Assembly: GCF_001194135.2 (NCBI RefSeq)
Contig: NC_068997.1
Coordinates: 2,265,457 to 2,329,456, forward strand
Length of the DNA stretch: 64,000 nt
Source: Octopus bimaculoides
Lineage: Eukaryota
Reading direction: 5' to 3'
The stretch's first letter is position 1, and each line of letters starts with the position of its first letter. The notes beneath the pieces are model-generated. The model saw nothing but the letters and a program-made list of their open reading frames with translations. It had not been told where the DNA came from and did no database searches. Made by a program: the position numbers and the translations under genes. Shown piece after piece: positions 1 through 11,400 of the stretch.

Positions 1-75
1 TCTTAAACATTGTCTTTCTCTGTCAGCCACATTCCTCTCTTTCTCTTTCTCTCTCTGTATATATATATATATATA

Positions 76-327
76 CTAGGCACCTGGGTCCTGTGCAGGC
101 GGCACGTAAAAAACACCATTTTGAGCGTGGGTGTTGCCAGTACCGCCTGACTGGCACGTAAAAGCACTTACTACACTCTCAGAGTGGTTGGCGTTAGGAA
201 GGGCATCCAGCTGTAGAAACTCTGCCAGATCAGATTGGAGCCTGGTGCAGCCATCCGGTTTCACCAGTCCTCAGTCAAATCGTCCAACCCATGTTAGCAT
301 GGAAAGCGGACGTTAAACGATGATGAT
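76..327 (+). mobile_element. 5'-truncated RTE LINE 3' UTR copy; others at 1131-1310(-), 22381-22570(-), 24610-24777(+), 24850-25290(+), 37021-37322(+), 28430-28640(-), 62110-62290(-)
   Basis: Shared GTGGTTGGCGTTAGGAAGGGCATCCAGCTGTAGAAAC...GGACGTTAAACGATGATGAT. Confidence 0.8.
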
Positions 328-1387
328 ATATATATAGATATATATATATATATACATATATGTATATGTATATATATGTGTGTGTGTGTGTGTGTATATA
401 TATGTATATATCTACGCACACGAGGGGTTGCTGAAAGATTCCTGGCTTTGGGTAAAAGGAAATACAGGAGGATCAGTTAATTATGATTTTATCCTACATA
501 TTCCCCTTGCAGATTCACAATTATTGCAGCAGTCCTTCAGTTTTTGTTCAGTTCTGCAAAAGAACTTGGAAGGTTGGGCCTCCAAACAGGCTTTTCACAG
601 CACCCCTTGTGTTTGTGTATATATATATGTTTCACTTGTATCAGTCATTAGACTGGGGCACTGCCTTCAATTTTTAGTCGCATGAATCGCCCTCAGTACT
701 TACTTTTTAAGTTTGGTACTCGTTCTATCGTTCTCTTTTCCTGAACCCGTAAGTTATGGCGACGTAAACACACCAACAACAGTTGTCAAGTGGCAATGGA
801 GGGACAAATACTGTCACAAACACATCAATATATATATATATATATATATACACAATGAGCTTCTTTCAGTTTCCATCTACCAAATCCATTCACAAGGCTT
901 TGGTCAGGCCCAAGGCCATAATAGAAGACATTTTCCCAAAGTGCCACACAGTGGAAATGAACCCAGAACCACGTGGTTGGGAAGAAAGCTTCTTACCACA
1001 CAACCACTCCTGCACCTTATGCATATTTTTATTAATATTTAATGAAAGTATACATATAATCATATGTATATATACAGTTCTAATTTTCCTGTTTGCACCA
1101 ACATACCTGTGTATGCATATATATATATATCATCATCATCGTTTAACGTCCGCTTTCCATGCTAGCATGGGTTGGACGATTTGACTGAGGACTGGTGAAA
1201 CCGGATGGCAACACCAGGCTCCAATCTGATCTGGCAGAGTTTCTACAGCTGGATGCCCTTCCTAACGCCAACCACTCAGCGAGTGTAGTGGGTGCTTTTA
1301 CGTGTCACCAAGAAAAAAGCAAAAGAGAGAGAATGCTTTTTTCTTGGTGACTTCTTCTTTGTGACATAATGCTTGGGAAAGAATATA

Positions 1388-1492
1388 TTTGCGGCTGAAG
1401 ATAGCTTTATACCATCCTGTCCATCAATTATATACCCATATAATGATGCAACGACTGTTTGGGTATAAAGCTTGAAAGACATCTACCGCGGA
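1388..1492 (+). ncRNA. Type I hammerhead ribozyme motif with a 72-nt extended stem II
   Basis: Stem I TTTGCGG/CCGCGGA; core CTGAAGA 1395-1401; stem II AGCTTTATACC/GGTATAAAGCT (11 bp) with an inner hairpin; GAA 1474-1476; stem III AGA-CA-TCT; predicted cleavage after A1485. Confidence 0.75.
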
Positions 1493-1536
1493 ATCCTTTG
1501 TGTTCTGTTTTAATTTTACGTTTTGAATTTATGTAT

Positions 1537-1567
<31 letters not shown>

Positions 1568-1789
1568 TACACTCTCTGAGTAACAGTTTGTGAAAATTTT
1601 TTGGGCGTTGATAAAAAGCATATTAATCTACCTTCGATATTCAAGTACTATTTTTGTGTGTGTGTATGTGCGTGTGTCTACATGTGTTTGTATGTGTATA
1701 TGTGTATATATGTGTGTGTGTATGTGTGTATATATATACATACACACATGTGCTGCTGCTGGTTTCTCTTCCATCTTTGGAGTTTTCCC

Positions 1790-2095
1790 TTTCCCCTTTC
1801 CAATGAAGAGCTGTGCTCGAAATGTCAGACTCTCTCTCTCTTTTTACTGAGTGTCAAGCTAATAATACATTCCTTGTGCATATCCTCTTGTTGTCCGTTA
1901 ATTTTATTCGTTTATTTCAATTGACTGTAACCTCGTGTATATCGGTGGTGATTTTTTTCTTCCTCTGTTTTCCCTTCTTTGGGCTTTCCTGTATTTTCAA
2001 CAAAGATCTCCGCTTGAAACGTCAAATTCTTTTTCTTTCCTATCCTGAGCGTCCAGTAACACAATATCTGTATCACGTGCTTGCGTTGTTGTTTA
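1790..2095 (+). mobile_element. Two diverged tandem ~197-bp monomers, each with a degenerate minimal hammerhead (Penelope-like terminal repeat or retrozyme-like)
   Basis: CCAATGA-A-GAGC[TGT]GCTC-GAAATGTC at 1800-1826 and the related GATC-TCC-GCTT-GAAACGTC ending at 2023. The downstream flanks (ctgag(t/c)gtc...gttg) are homologous. Confidence 0.4.
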
Positions 2096-2779
2096 TTGTT
2101 GTTTTTTTTGTTGTTTTTCTTTTTTGAACTCACTATATATATATATTTATATATATATATATATGAATATGGTTCAAATGATATAGAAGGCAAAGACAAG
2201 TAAGGGAACAACATCAGGATATATTAATATTTGACACTCAGCAGAAATGGAAGAGTCTTTGACGTTTATACTCTTCTACAGAAAGGAACGAGGGGAGAAA
2301 ACAGATGGAGAAAGNNNNNNNNNNNNNNNNNNNNNNNNNNNNNNNNNNNNNNNNNNNNNNNNNNNNNNNNNNNNNNNNNNNNNNNNNNNNNNNNNNNNNN
2401 NNNNNNNNNNNNNNNNNNNNNNNNNNNNNNNNNNNNNNNNNNNNNNNNNNNNNNNNNNNNNNNNNNNNNNNNNNNNNNNNNNNNNNNNNNNNNNNNNNNN
2501 NNNNNNNNNNNNNNNNNNNNNNNNNNNNNNNNNNNNNNNNNNNNNNNNNNNNNNNNNNNNNNNNNNNNNNNNNNNNNNNNNNNNNNNNNNNNNNNNNNNN
2601 NNNNNNNNNNNNNNNNNNNNNNNNNNNNNNNNNNNNNNNNNNNNNNNNNNNNNNNNNNNNNNNNNNNNNNNNNNNNNNNNNNNNNNNNNNNNNNNNNNNN
2701 NNNNNNNNNNNNNNNATATATATGGATATGTGTGAGTGTGTATATGTCTATCAGTCTATCTATATGTATATCCGTACAT

Positions 2780-2824
<45 letters not shown>

Positions 2825-2924
2825 TACTATGTGTGTGTATCTGTGTATGTGTATGTGTGTGTACAGATACGGTCACTCTTTATTTAGTCAAAATCAATAA
2901 CAAAAAAAAACTATAAATTCTTAC

Positions 2925-2988
2925 AATTTGTTATGACCCCACCAATTGGGTCACCTTTGAAATCAAATTCTATGTCCATATATTTCCC
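2925..2988 (-). CDS. MYO1B: Myosin I exon (GKYMDIEFDFKGDPIGGVITN)
   Basis: 64 nt; acceptor tttatttttcag, donor gtaaga; phase 0 in, phase 1 out. Confidence 0.95.
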
Positions 2989-3618
2989 CTGAAAAATAAA
3001 AGCAACAATATTAACACCAACAACATTTACAGAAGCACAGAAGACAGCCACATGTTGATGGAATATAATAAAGGTGACATGTTATTGTCAATGGAGTAAA
3101 TAGCTTCTCAAATATAATTCACTGTTTAACATGATTTTTTTTGCTTGGGTAGCAACTGTTATTTCCTATTTGCTTACCCTTAGAAAATAAGAAAAATGGC
3201 TAATATTTCCTTCAAACTTTGCTTTTGTTACATTTATTCAAACCCCAAAGAATCCCTTTCAGCACATGGCTACGATACTCCCCCCCCCCACTACTCCTGC
3301 TCATGATCAGAGATGCACATATTGTCAGCCACTAAGGGACATGCTCAAGTGGTTAACGTCAAGCAAATCTGTGGCATTGAGCAGAATATTTGCTATAATG
3401 ATATTTCTGCTTCAGCAACTCAATACTGAATCTTTCTGAAATGTAATGGAAAATAGATCAGTTTTAAAACATTGATGTCCAGCCACAAAAGCAAAGTTTG
3501 AAGGGAATAGTAGTGATTTCCTTTGATTTCTTGACGGAAGCAAATAGGAAATAATACTTACTGGCCAAAGAGAAAAAACAATAAAAATTTTGTTACAGTG
3601 TTATAGTTACTTTTAATG

Positions 3619-3923
3619 TAGGGGCTCTCAACCGTTTTATTTTATCTGTGGACCCCATTAGTTACTCTTTTATTCTGGTGGACCACTAAAGCCATTTGAT
3701 ATTTAAAAACTAGTTTTATAGAAACTTCTTTCAAAATCCCTATTTTGCTTTTTACACATTAACTTGTGTAGGTTGAACTATGTAAAATGTTAGAGAAAGA
3801 AACCCAGCTGTTTCTTGCAATACATAACAATACATACATCTAAAACAAAACTGTTTCAGGGGCCCTTAAAATACTGTTGTGAATCCCCCCAAATCTCATA
3901 TGGACCCTGGTTGAGAACCACAG
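3619..3923. mobile_element. hAT-like MITE, copy 1
   Basis: Termini TAGGGGCTCTCAACC ... GGTTGAGAACCACAG resemble CAGTGGTTCTCAACC-type hAT TIRs; homologous to 4045-4730. Confidence 0.6.
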
Positions 3924-4291
3924 GGTTAGTGTAAAGGACATAAGTAGTTGCAGAGAGTGGTTCCAGCAAGAACTTTAAAGTCTCTGTTAATATCATATTT
4001 TCCAGTATACAAGTCGACACAGCATACAGTGTAATCATGCACCACAGTGGTCCTCAACAATTTTTTTTTATCTATGAACTCCCTTGACTATTTTATTCTG
4101 GACGATTCTCATAGCCACTTGATGTTTAAAATCTAATTTTATTGGAAGTAACCAAACAAAGTTTGTTCTTTTTTAGAAGCGTTGAGATGTATTGTAAGAA
4201 CAGAAATAAATTTATTTCTCAAACGCATGATAATGCTATAAATAGCGTGATCAGGATAAATTATCCATTTATTGCAGAAAAATACGCTACT

Positions 4292-4363
4292 GGCCAGCTA
4301 TGAGACTCGAACTCACATCTCTGTGATTACGCGTCAAGTGTTTTACCATTAAACTAAACTGCC
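4292..4363 (-). pseudogene. tRNA-like sequence (anticodon position CGT), mirror copy
   Basis: Same cloverleaf on the minus strand; T-loop TTCGAGT, acceptor stem 6 of 7 paired, downstream TTTTT. Confidence 0.6.
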
Positions 4364-4381
4364 CAGAAGAATTCGTTGCTG

Positions 4382-4453
4382 GGCAGTTGAGTTTAATGGT
4401 AAAACACTTGACGCATAATCACAGAGATGTGAGTTCAAGTCTCATGGTTGGCC
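4382..4453 (+). pseudogene. tRNA-like sequence (anticodon position CAT), likely a pseudo-tRNA or SINE head
   Basis: D-arm GTTT/AAAC, T-arm GTGAG-TTCAAGT-CTCAT, acceptor stem mostly paired. The anticodon stem is only 3 bp with G at position 33. TTTTT lies about 9 nt downstream. Confidence 0.6.
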
Positions 4454-5640
4454 AGTAGCGTATTTTTCTGCAATAAATGGAAAATTTTATTGATATTTTT
4501 TTCAAAATTCCTATTTATTAGCCCCTCATTTACTTGTATAGGTTGATCTGTGTAAAATGTTAGAGAAAGAAACCTAGCTGTCTCTTGCAATACATTCATT
4601 TAAATCAAAACATTTCATGGACCCTTAGAAATAGTACTGTGGATCCTTTATTTACTATTTAGCTAAAGTCAGCCTCCAAAAAGCTTGTATGGACCCACCA
4701 TTGGTTCATATGACTGATTAAGAACCACCGATATAGTGTTAGCATTCAGACATCAGTATTTTACCAAATCCTGCTGCATTTCACATGGAACTTTTGGTCC
4801 TCTGAGATCATCTTGTTGCGTAAGTCAACCTACCATTTTGGCTGTAAGTTTCACTCTGAAAAATTTGACTTGGATACTAGAAAATACAGGTACAATAGAG
4901 TGTTTTTGTTCATGATTTGAAAGGTGGTATATTTGGAAGCTGACAGTATATGCCAATTTGTGCATTAAAGGTCTCTCAAATGCTCAAGTTTGGAACATGC
5001 ATATATACATCCACATGTACATGACAGTATATCTCTCTCTTCTGCATTCAAGAAATTAGAGATTTAGATAATTTTGAAACAAAAAGTTTGTCTCAGAGAA
5101 CCCAGAACAGTCTCAGACAGGTTGTTATCGAAAAAGTTAAGCAGCCAGCTTGTCCACAGGTCATCTGAGGTCAAACGTATTCAATAACTGATTCAGGTCA
5201 CTGCAAACTGTATCCATGAAATTTGATTGACAACCAATGCAAACCTGAGAAAAACATGTAAAAATAAATGAAGATTGCTGGAAGGACCATTCCTGTTTTT
5301 CAGTGGTAGATTTAATCTTTTAACACTACCACATGACCAACCCTGGGTGCCACTAACAGGGTTCACTCAGTTGTAAACACGTATGCCATGTCTCCACCCC
5401 CACCCAGTCGTGGAGGTCTGTGAACAAAAGTCAAGGACTTATCACTTCCTCATTCAATGCCATAAAAACAAAATATATTTGGCTCTTTAGTTTCTAGTCT
5501 ATGTCAAATAAAAATGTCAAACGAACTGTTGATAATTAGTTATCTCAGTACCATTTGTTAGGCCCAGGTATAGCTAAACTATGTTTTATGGGGCCTGTGG
5601 GGCCCTTTGTGACTTTCTGTACAACACTGTCAAGGTTATA

Positions 5641-6509
5641 CAGGGTGTCCCAAAAGTCACTGATGGGTTTCAGTTTTGAATAACTTCTTTAATTTCACGA
5701 GATTTTGATACAATATAAAGGACGTTATGGAAATCAATTATTTAACCTTTTCCTTCCCTTTTCAGATATTATGTGCTTTCATTTGAAAGGATTCATCAAC
5801 AAACAAAAATGCCATTTTGGGGGTTCTGAGAGCCCAAGAACAGAGCACCAATGAGAACTGCAGCCCCCTGTAAGGTGCATGGTATGGTGTGGATTGATAG
5901 AAGATGAAATTATCGACCTTATTTCTTTGAGGATGATGACAGAAATGCTGTCACAAGACTGGAGAATGTTACAGAACCAGGATTGAGATCTTTTTGCACC
6001 CACCCATTCAAAGTAGGCCTCCCACATGGTTCCAGCAAGTTGAAGCAACTACTCATACCACAAGAGAAACAATGCAGTTGCTATGGCAGAGCTTTGGAGA
6101 GAGAATAATCTCTAGCTATGGCAATGCTAACTGGCCTTCATGTTCCCCGGACTCGACTAGTTATCTTGTGGGGATAACTGAAAGAGAGGGTTTACATCAA
6201 CAAACCAGAGACCCTGGTGCAACTGAAGGAGAACATCAATAGAGAAATCAGAGTAAGTAGTAGGGTCTGAAACTCTTGAGGGTATTATGGTGCAAGTCTT
6301 GAAAAGAGCACGGGCATGCAGAGCCGAAAATGGCTGTCATTTAAGCGATGTCATTTATCATATGTGATGTTGTGGTGTTGCAAAACTTTACTTGTGCATA
6401 TTAATTTTCATTATGTCTTTTATATTGTAACAAAATTTCATGCATTTATTTGAAAAATTAAGGAAGTTATTAAAAACTGAAACACATCAGGGACTTTTGG
6501 GACAGCCAG
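5641..6509 (+). mobile_element. Decayed, internally deleted Tc1/mariner-superfamily transposon
   Basis: TA flanks; TIRs CAGGGTGTCCCAAAAGTC / GACTTTTGGGACAGCCAG; transposase remnant WFQQVEATTHTTRETMQLLWQSFGERIISSYGNANWPSCSPD. Confidence 0.85.
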
Positions 6510-7514
6510 TATAAACATAAAACCATTTTCCTAAAGTGTAAGGACCACAACCATTATCTGGCAAGCTCGGGATATGATGCGGCCCAGGTTTCTCAATTGT
6601 CCATTATTTCTGGAGACAGTCTAAATACATACTTAAAAATTAAAATAAACTACGGTAAGTAAAGAGCTAAATTGTATTTAACAAATTCAGTTTAATACAC
6701 TTCTAAAGCAGGATCTGTTTGACATTTCTTAAAACGTATCATATTCCACAATTTATACAATATAATGTTTATAGGATGAGAAGTAAATGAAGAATAGTAA
6801 AGAACATGATTTTATTTAACAGTTTCAGGTACAAATTAATACAGTTCTAAAACAGTATGCTTAATCTTTATCAATCCACTTAAAAAAATAAAGAACAAAA
6901 CTATTTTTAACACCCTGTATGCAAATTAACCAACTTCAGAAACAGGAATCGTTTACTTAATACAAGGTACAGTATATTGCATGATATTGCATAGTATTCT
7001 TGGATTTCTTGAGGCCAGATAAAAGGTCCTATGTATATTTATTGATTCCTTATATGTCCATACTTCATGCCTACATGAGTTAGATGAATATGTTACTTGG
7101 AGCATTGTTTTACCAGATACCATGTCTATTCCTAATGTTTACTTACTTTTCCAATAAGGGGTTTTATGTTCCACACTGCATATATGTGTGTATGTGTGTA
7201 AGTGTTTTTACTCTGTACTACATAAATACTGTCATATCACTTTATCTATGTAGCTGTGTGTTGTGTTGCATGCAATGCCATGCTTTTGAATGACTGTTCT
7301 CTTGTGAGGAGCTGTTAATGTTGAACAATATTATTATATATCCTTCAGACAGATAAAAAGTTAAAAGTAGCCCGTGCCACATAACAACAGCTATTGTCAC
7401 CAGCACCAGCACCATCACCAACACAACTGTTAATAAAATATATAAAATTTGATTTAAGAAACAAAGAGAGCAAAAAAAAATTAAATATCTATATGTATAT
7501 ATAATCCAACTTAC

Positions 7515-7561
7515 AAATCTGGAAGAATTATCATTCCTGGCTGTCTTAGCATTACCAAAAG
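7515..7561 (-). CDS. MYO1B: Myosin I exon, switch I (AFGNAKTARNDNSSRF)
   Basis: 47 nt; acceptor ctcttgcag, donor gtaagt; phase 1 in, phase 0 out. Confidence 0.95.
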
Positions 7562-7764
7562 CTGCAAGAGATAAAAAGGAAGGACTTGAAACAAAACCAG
7601 AAATATTTGGCACAGAAATATGTGAAAGAATATGTAAACCGTATCGCTTGATTACACCCAGCTCCTTTCTTGCCCATTCCACTGACAGAGTAACAGCTCT
7701 AATAATATATACACAAACATGTTACATACATAATAATACATTAAGTATATGCACAGACATTATA

Positions 7765-8654
7765 TACATACATTAAAAAGTTCCTGGACTAGCTATGCTT
7801 AATGAAAATTAACTTATTTACCTCAGTTTTAACATGGGTCTCCTTCAAAACAGACACCTTGCACAGCAACACACCGGCCCCAGGATTCCTGCCACTTTTG
7901 GAATCTGGCCTGGAAGTCATTTCCTGTAAGCGAGTCGAGGACCACCTGTGACCTTTGAGCTGCATTTTTATTTTGGGGAAGAGATGGAACTCTGCAGGTG
8001 CTAATCTGGCAAATAGGGTGGGTGTGGAAGTGATACCATGTTGATTTTGGTAAAAAACTCATGAGTGAGGAGAGTTCAGTGACAGGGTTCATTGTCACTA
8101 TGAAGAATCCAATTCTTTGTGCTCCACAGATCCTGTCACTTCCACCGAATGCCCTCCCTCGAGTGCTTCAAAACTTTGCAGCAGAACACTTGATTGATGA
8201 TCTGGCCCTGGGAGATGAATTCTCAATGCAGAATACTGCAGATGTTGAAAAAAATGAAGAACATGCTTGATTGAGCAGCAGCTCTGTTGTGCCTTCTTCA
8301 GTAGTGGAGATGAAGGCCCTTTCCATTGTGACAACTGCTGCTTCATCTCATGGCTGTAACCCATAGACCCAACTCATCGCAGGTGGTGATCCTTGACATG
8401 AAGGATGGGTCATCAGTGGCATGCTGATAAAAATCTCGACAGACTTCGATGTGATGTCCATGACAAAACTGCAGACTACAACATACATGTGATCACAAAA
8501 ACACAAATTTTACAACTTGTGAAGTAAGCACAGCAATGTTACTTGGCACACTGCCTCATGAAGACGACTGCTAGCTTTCACTGCACACTCAACCATGTGC
8601 TGCCATCTGTTGGTGTGCTACAGAACTAGTCTGGAACTTTTTGCTACCACCTCA
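7765..8654 (-). mobile_element. Decayed mariner (DD34D-type) transposon
   Basis: TIR-like AAAAAGTTCCTGGACTAG / CTAGTCTGGAACTTTTT; C-terminal remnant NDFQARFQKWQESWGRCVAVQGVCFEGD; many stops. Confidence 0.8.
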
Positions 8655-8672
8655 TAAAACACATACATATTA

Positions 8673-9764
8673 CAGTGGCTCCTGCTTTATAAATCCACTG
8701 ATGATAAATCCACCTGCTTAATGTATCCAAAATGGATTGGGACAGAATTTTTATACATAAAATCTCTTGCCTAATACATCCAGACCATCGCTTAATAAAT
8801 CTAATTGTAGCTACTCCTTGCTAAAATTTCAACAAGCGACAGTGAATAAATGAAGTGCTTTTTTTTTTCACTTTTAAATACTGAGGGGTAGACTCCAGCA
8901 GTGCAAAATAGATCAATAAATATGTAGCAACTGGCAGTGGCTGCAGGAGTCTACTGCACAACCCTGTCATTCAAGCAAAAAAAGTAGGCTTCGAGATACC
9001 TCTTGTCAAAATTACATTCCCTTCTCATTCATTGGATGATGGTGTGTACCATGTGACTGTTGGTTGGTTGTGGCTGCTAGAGCTTACCTGTCAGTATTTA
9101 AGGGCAAATGGAAGCTTGGAAGAAGGTCTCTAGTCAGGCAATCAAACACTGTTGGACCAAAGCAAGTTTTGTTTCGGCTGAAGAATCAAATGAAGCCATA
9201 GATGTTAACAAAGATTTGATCCTGGCTTCACTGCCAACTGGATCGACTAAAAAGAAATTCAAGAACTGGTTGTCCATAGATGATGGTGCTGTTGTTGCCC
9301 CAGAGATCATCACTGAAGAAAACAAACTAGACGTGATCATTCATGACATTCGGTAATCTGAGAAGGAATCCAAAGGAGATGAAGCTGGTGATTCCGATGT
9401 TGATGTTGATGAAAGAGTTCCAGAGTCTGCAACACCAGCTGAAATGAGACACTCTCTAATTTGGTTAGAAAGTGGCCTTGAAAGTTTTGATTTCAGTGAC
9501 AGGAATCTTTTTAGAACTCTAAAGGAAAAAATCAATGCAGAGTTGCGAACAAAGTGTCCAGCAGAGCAAACAACACTCGACAAATTTTTCATTCAGTGAC
9601 ATTGTTTACAATGTTTTTATTCATGTATTTGCGTAGGTTTGTATTTTAATAAATACACATGTTTAATCAATTGACGAATTTTGTTCCTTCTGTTAAAAAA
9701 ATCCCTCATTTAATAAATCCAAAATAGGCAGTCCCAAGATGGATTTATAAAGTGGGGTCTATTG
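8673..9764 (+). mobile_element. Decayed pogo/Tigger-like DNA transposon
   Basis: TIRs CAGTGGCTCCTGCTTTATAAATCC / GGATTTATAAAGTGGGGTCTATTG; remnant AWKKVSSQAIKHCWTKASF followed by an acidic tail, typical of Tigger/CENP-B transposases. Confidence 0.75.
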
Positions 9765-11129
9765 TGTATACCTTTTATCGTTTCCTTGTTTCAGACATTA
9801 GACTGCAGCCATGCTGGGGCACAGCCTTGAAGAATTGACCCTAGTACTTACCATTTTAAGTCCAGTACTTATTCTGTATGTCCCTTTTGCCAAACTGCTA
9901 AGATGAGGGGATGTAAACACAAACACACACACACACATGATGGTCGTCTTATATTTTCCATCTACCAAGTCTACTCACAAGGCTTTGGTCAACCTGAGAC
10001 TATTGTAGAAGATACATGCCTAAGGTGCGATGCAGTGGGACTGAACCTAGAACCATGTGGTTGAGAAGCAAACTTCTTACCACACAGCCACGCCTGCACA
10101 GCTATGCCTGCGCTTATGCAATAATACAGTTTGTAGCAAGTTGGTAGAAGAGAGAATCTGTAAATTGATGCAGAACAAATATCTCAAGGGACCACATTTG
10201 CAAATGATTACAGTTACAGTTTGCAAACCAATATCCATTGATATACAAAACCAGAAGCACACATGAATTACATCCACACACATTCCAAAATGTAAGATAA
10301 ACAAACAAGCTTGTATTTTCAGTAAACTCATGTGTGTGTGAGTGTGTTTGTGTGTGTGTGTGTGTTTATGTATATACGTTTGTGTGTGTATCTTTTATCT
10401 TTTACTTGTTTCATTCGTTGGAGAGTGGCCATGCTGGGGCATTGCCTTGAAGGATAAATTCAAACAAATTGACCCCATCGTTTTGCTGAACCGTTAAGCT
10501 ATGTTGACATAAACAAACCAGTTGTCAAGTGGGGGTGGGGGACAAACACATATACAAAGACATCAGACACACACATACACACACACTACTAAGTTACAAT
10601 GAAATAAATAAACCAACACTGGTTGTCAAGCAGTGATGGGATGGGATAAATGCAGAAAGACACATAGATGTATATAGGTATCTATATGAGCTTCTTTCAG
10701 TTTCCACATACCAAATCCACTCACAAGCCTTTAGAAAGTGCCATGCAGTAGGACTGAACCTGGAACCATGTGATAAGGAAGCAAACTTCTTACCACACAG
10801 CCACGCCTGCACCTATAATACCAATTACATACTAGGGGTTTGTATAATAAAGAACCATTGAAATATTGGGGTTGATATAGTCAATTAGCTTCCCCCACCC
10901 CAAATTCCTGGTCTCTGCTCAGATTAAAATCTTTAGATTGAAGTGAAAGTATTCATTATTTCCACTCTTAATATTTAAAGAAAGAAAATTTTCAGGATAC
11001 ACTAAATTCCATTACAACTGGCATCAGATCAACCAGCCTCTTTAGAAGGAACCTGGGGTTATTATCTCCGGCAATAATGTTAACACATTACCAATCTTCT
11101 AAATTCTTCAACTGTCCACTCCATTAACC

Positions 11130-11400
11130 TTTATCGAAAGCAACAGAACCTGTTTAAAGAGAAACATGTTGTACATCGACAATCATCTCATAAATTCTTT
11201 GAACATTTCCCCGCAAGAGAAGCAGAACAACTTTAGCAAAACTACCAGGGAACTAACACTGCATGTGTAAATATGTGCTGTTGCCAACTGGAAATCTCTG
11301 AAGATTTTGAATCCAGAATGGAACGAGAAAGTTATTCCATTCTACTAGCACGACGACCATCAAAGGAATAGTATTTGTATCTGAGTTCAATTAAACTATA
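11130..11400 (+). mobile_element. Possible decayed coding fragment, tentatively the GIY-YIG C-terminus of a Penelope-like element
   Basis: A near-open frame, ...KEKHVVHRQSSHKFFEHF...EDFESRMERESYSILLARRPS, weakly resembles PLE endonuclease ends. Judged by eye only. Confidence 0.25.

Larger units (their letters stand above)
4264..4481. repeat. Palindrome of two 103-bp arms, each containing a tRNA-like cloverleaf
   Basis: Arms 4264-4366 and 4379-4481 differ at 5 positions; the 12-nt spacer contains GAATTC. Confidence 0.95.
4045..4730. mobile_element. hAT-like MITE, copy 2, interrupted by a 338-bp insert (4145-4482) carrying the tRNA palindrome
   Basis: CAGTGGTCCTCAAC ... AAGAACCACCG; aligns to copy 1 on both sides of the insert. 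AATTTTATTG is repeated at 4135-4144 and 4483-4492. Confidence 0.6.

Noticed and set aside
1183-1205. CTGAGGA-CTGGT-GAAAC in the LINE 3' UTR copies, resembling a hammerhead core
   Set aside because: Only 5 unpaired nt lie between the core halves, so stem II cannot form; it is also antisense to the element.
1276-1482. 68-aa minus-strand ORF as a possible next myosin exon
   Set aside because: It does not encode the expected YLLEKSR; it is the reverse strand of the hammerhead-bearing repeat.
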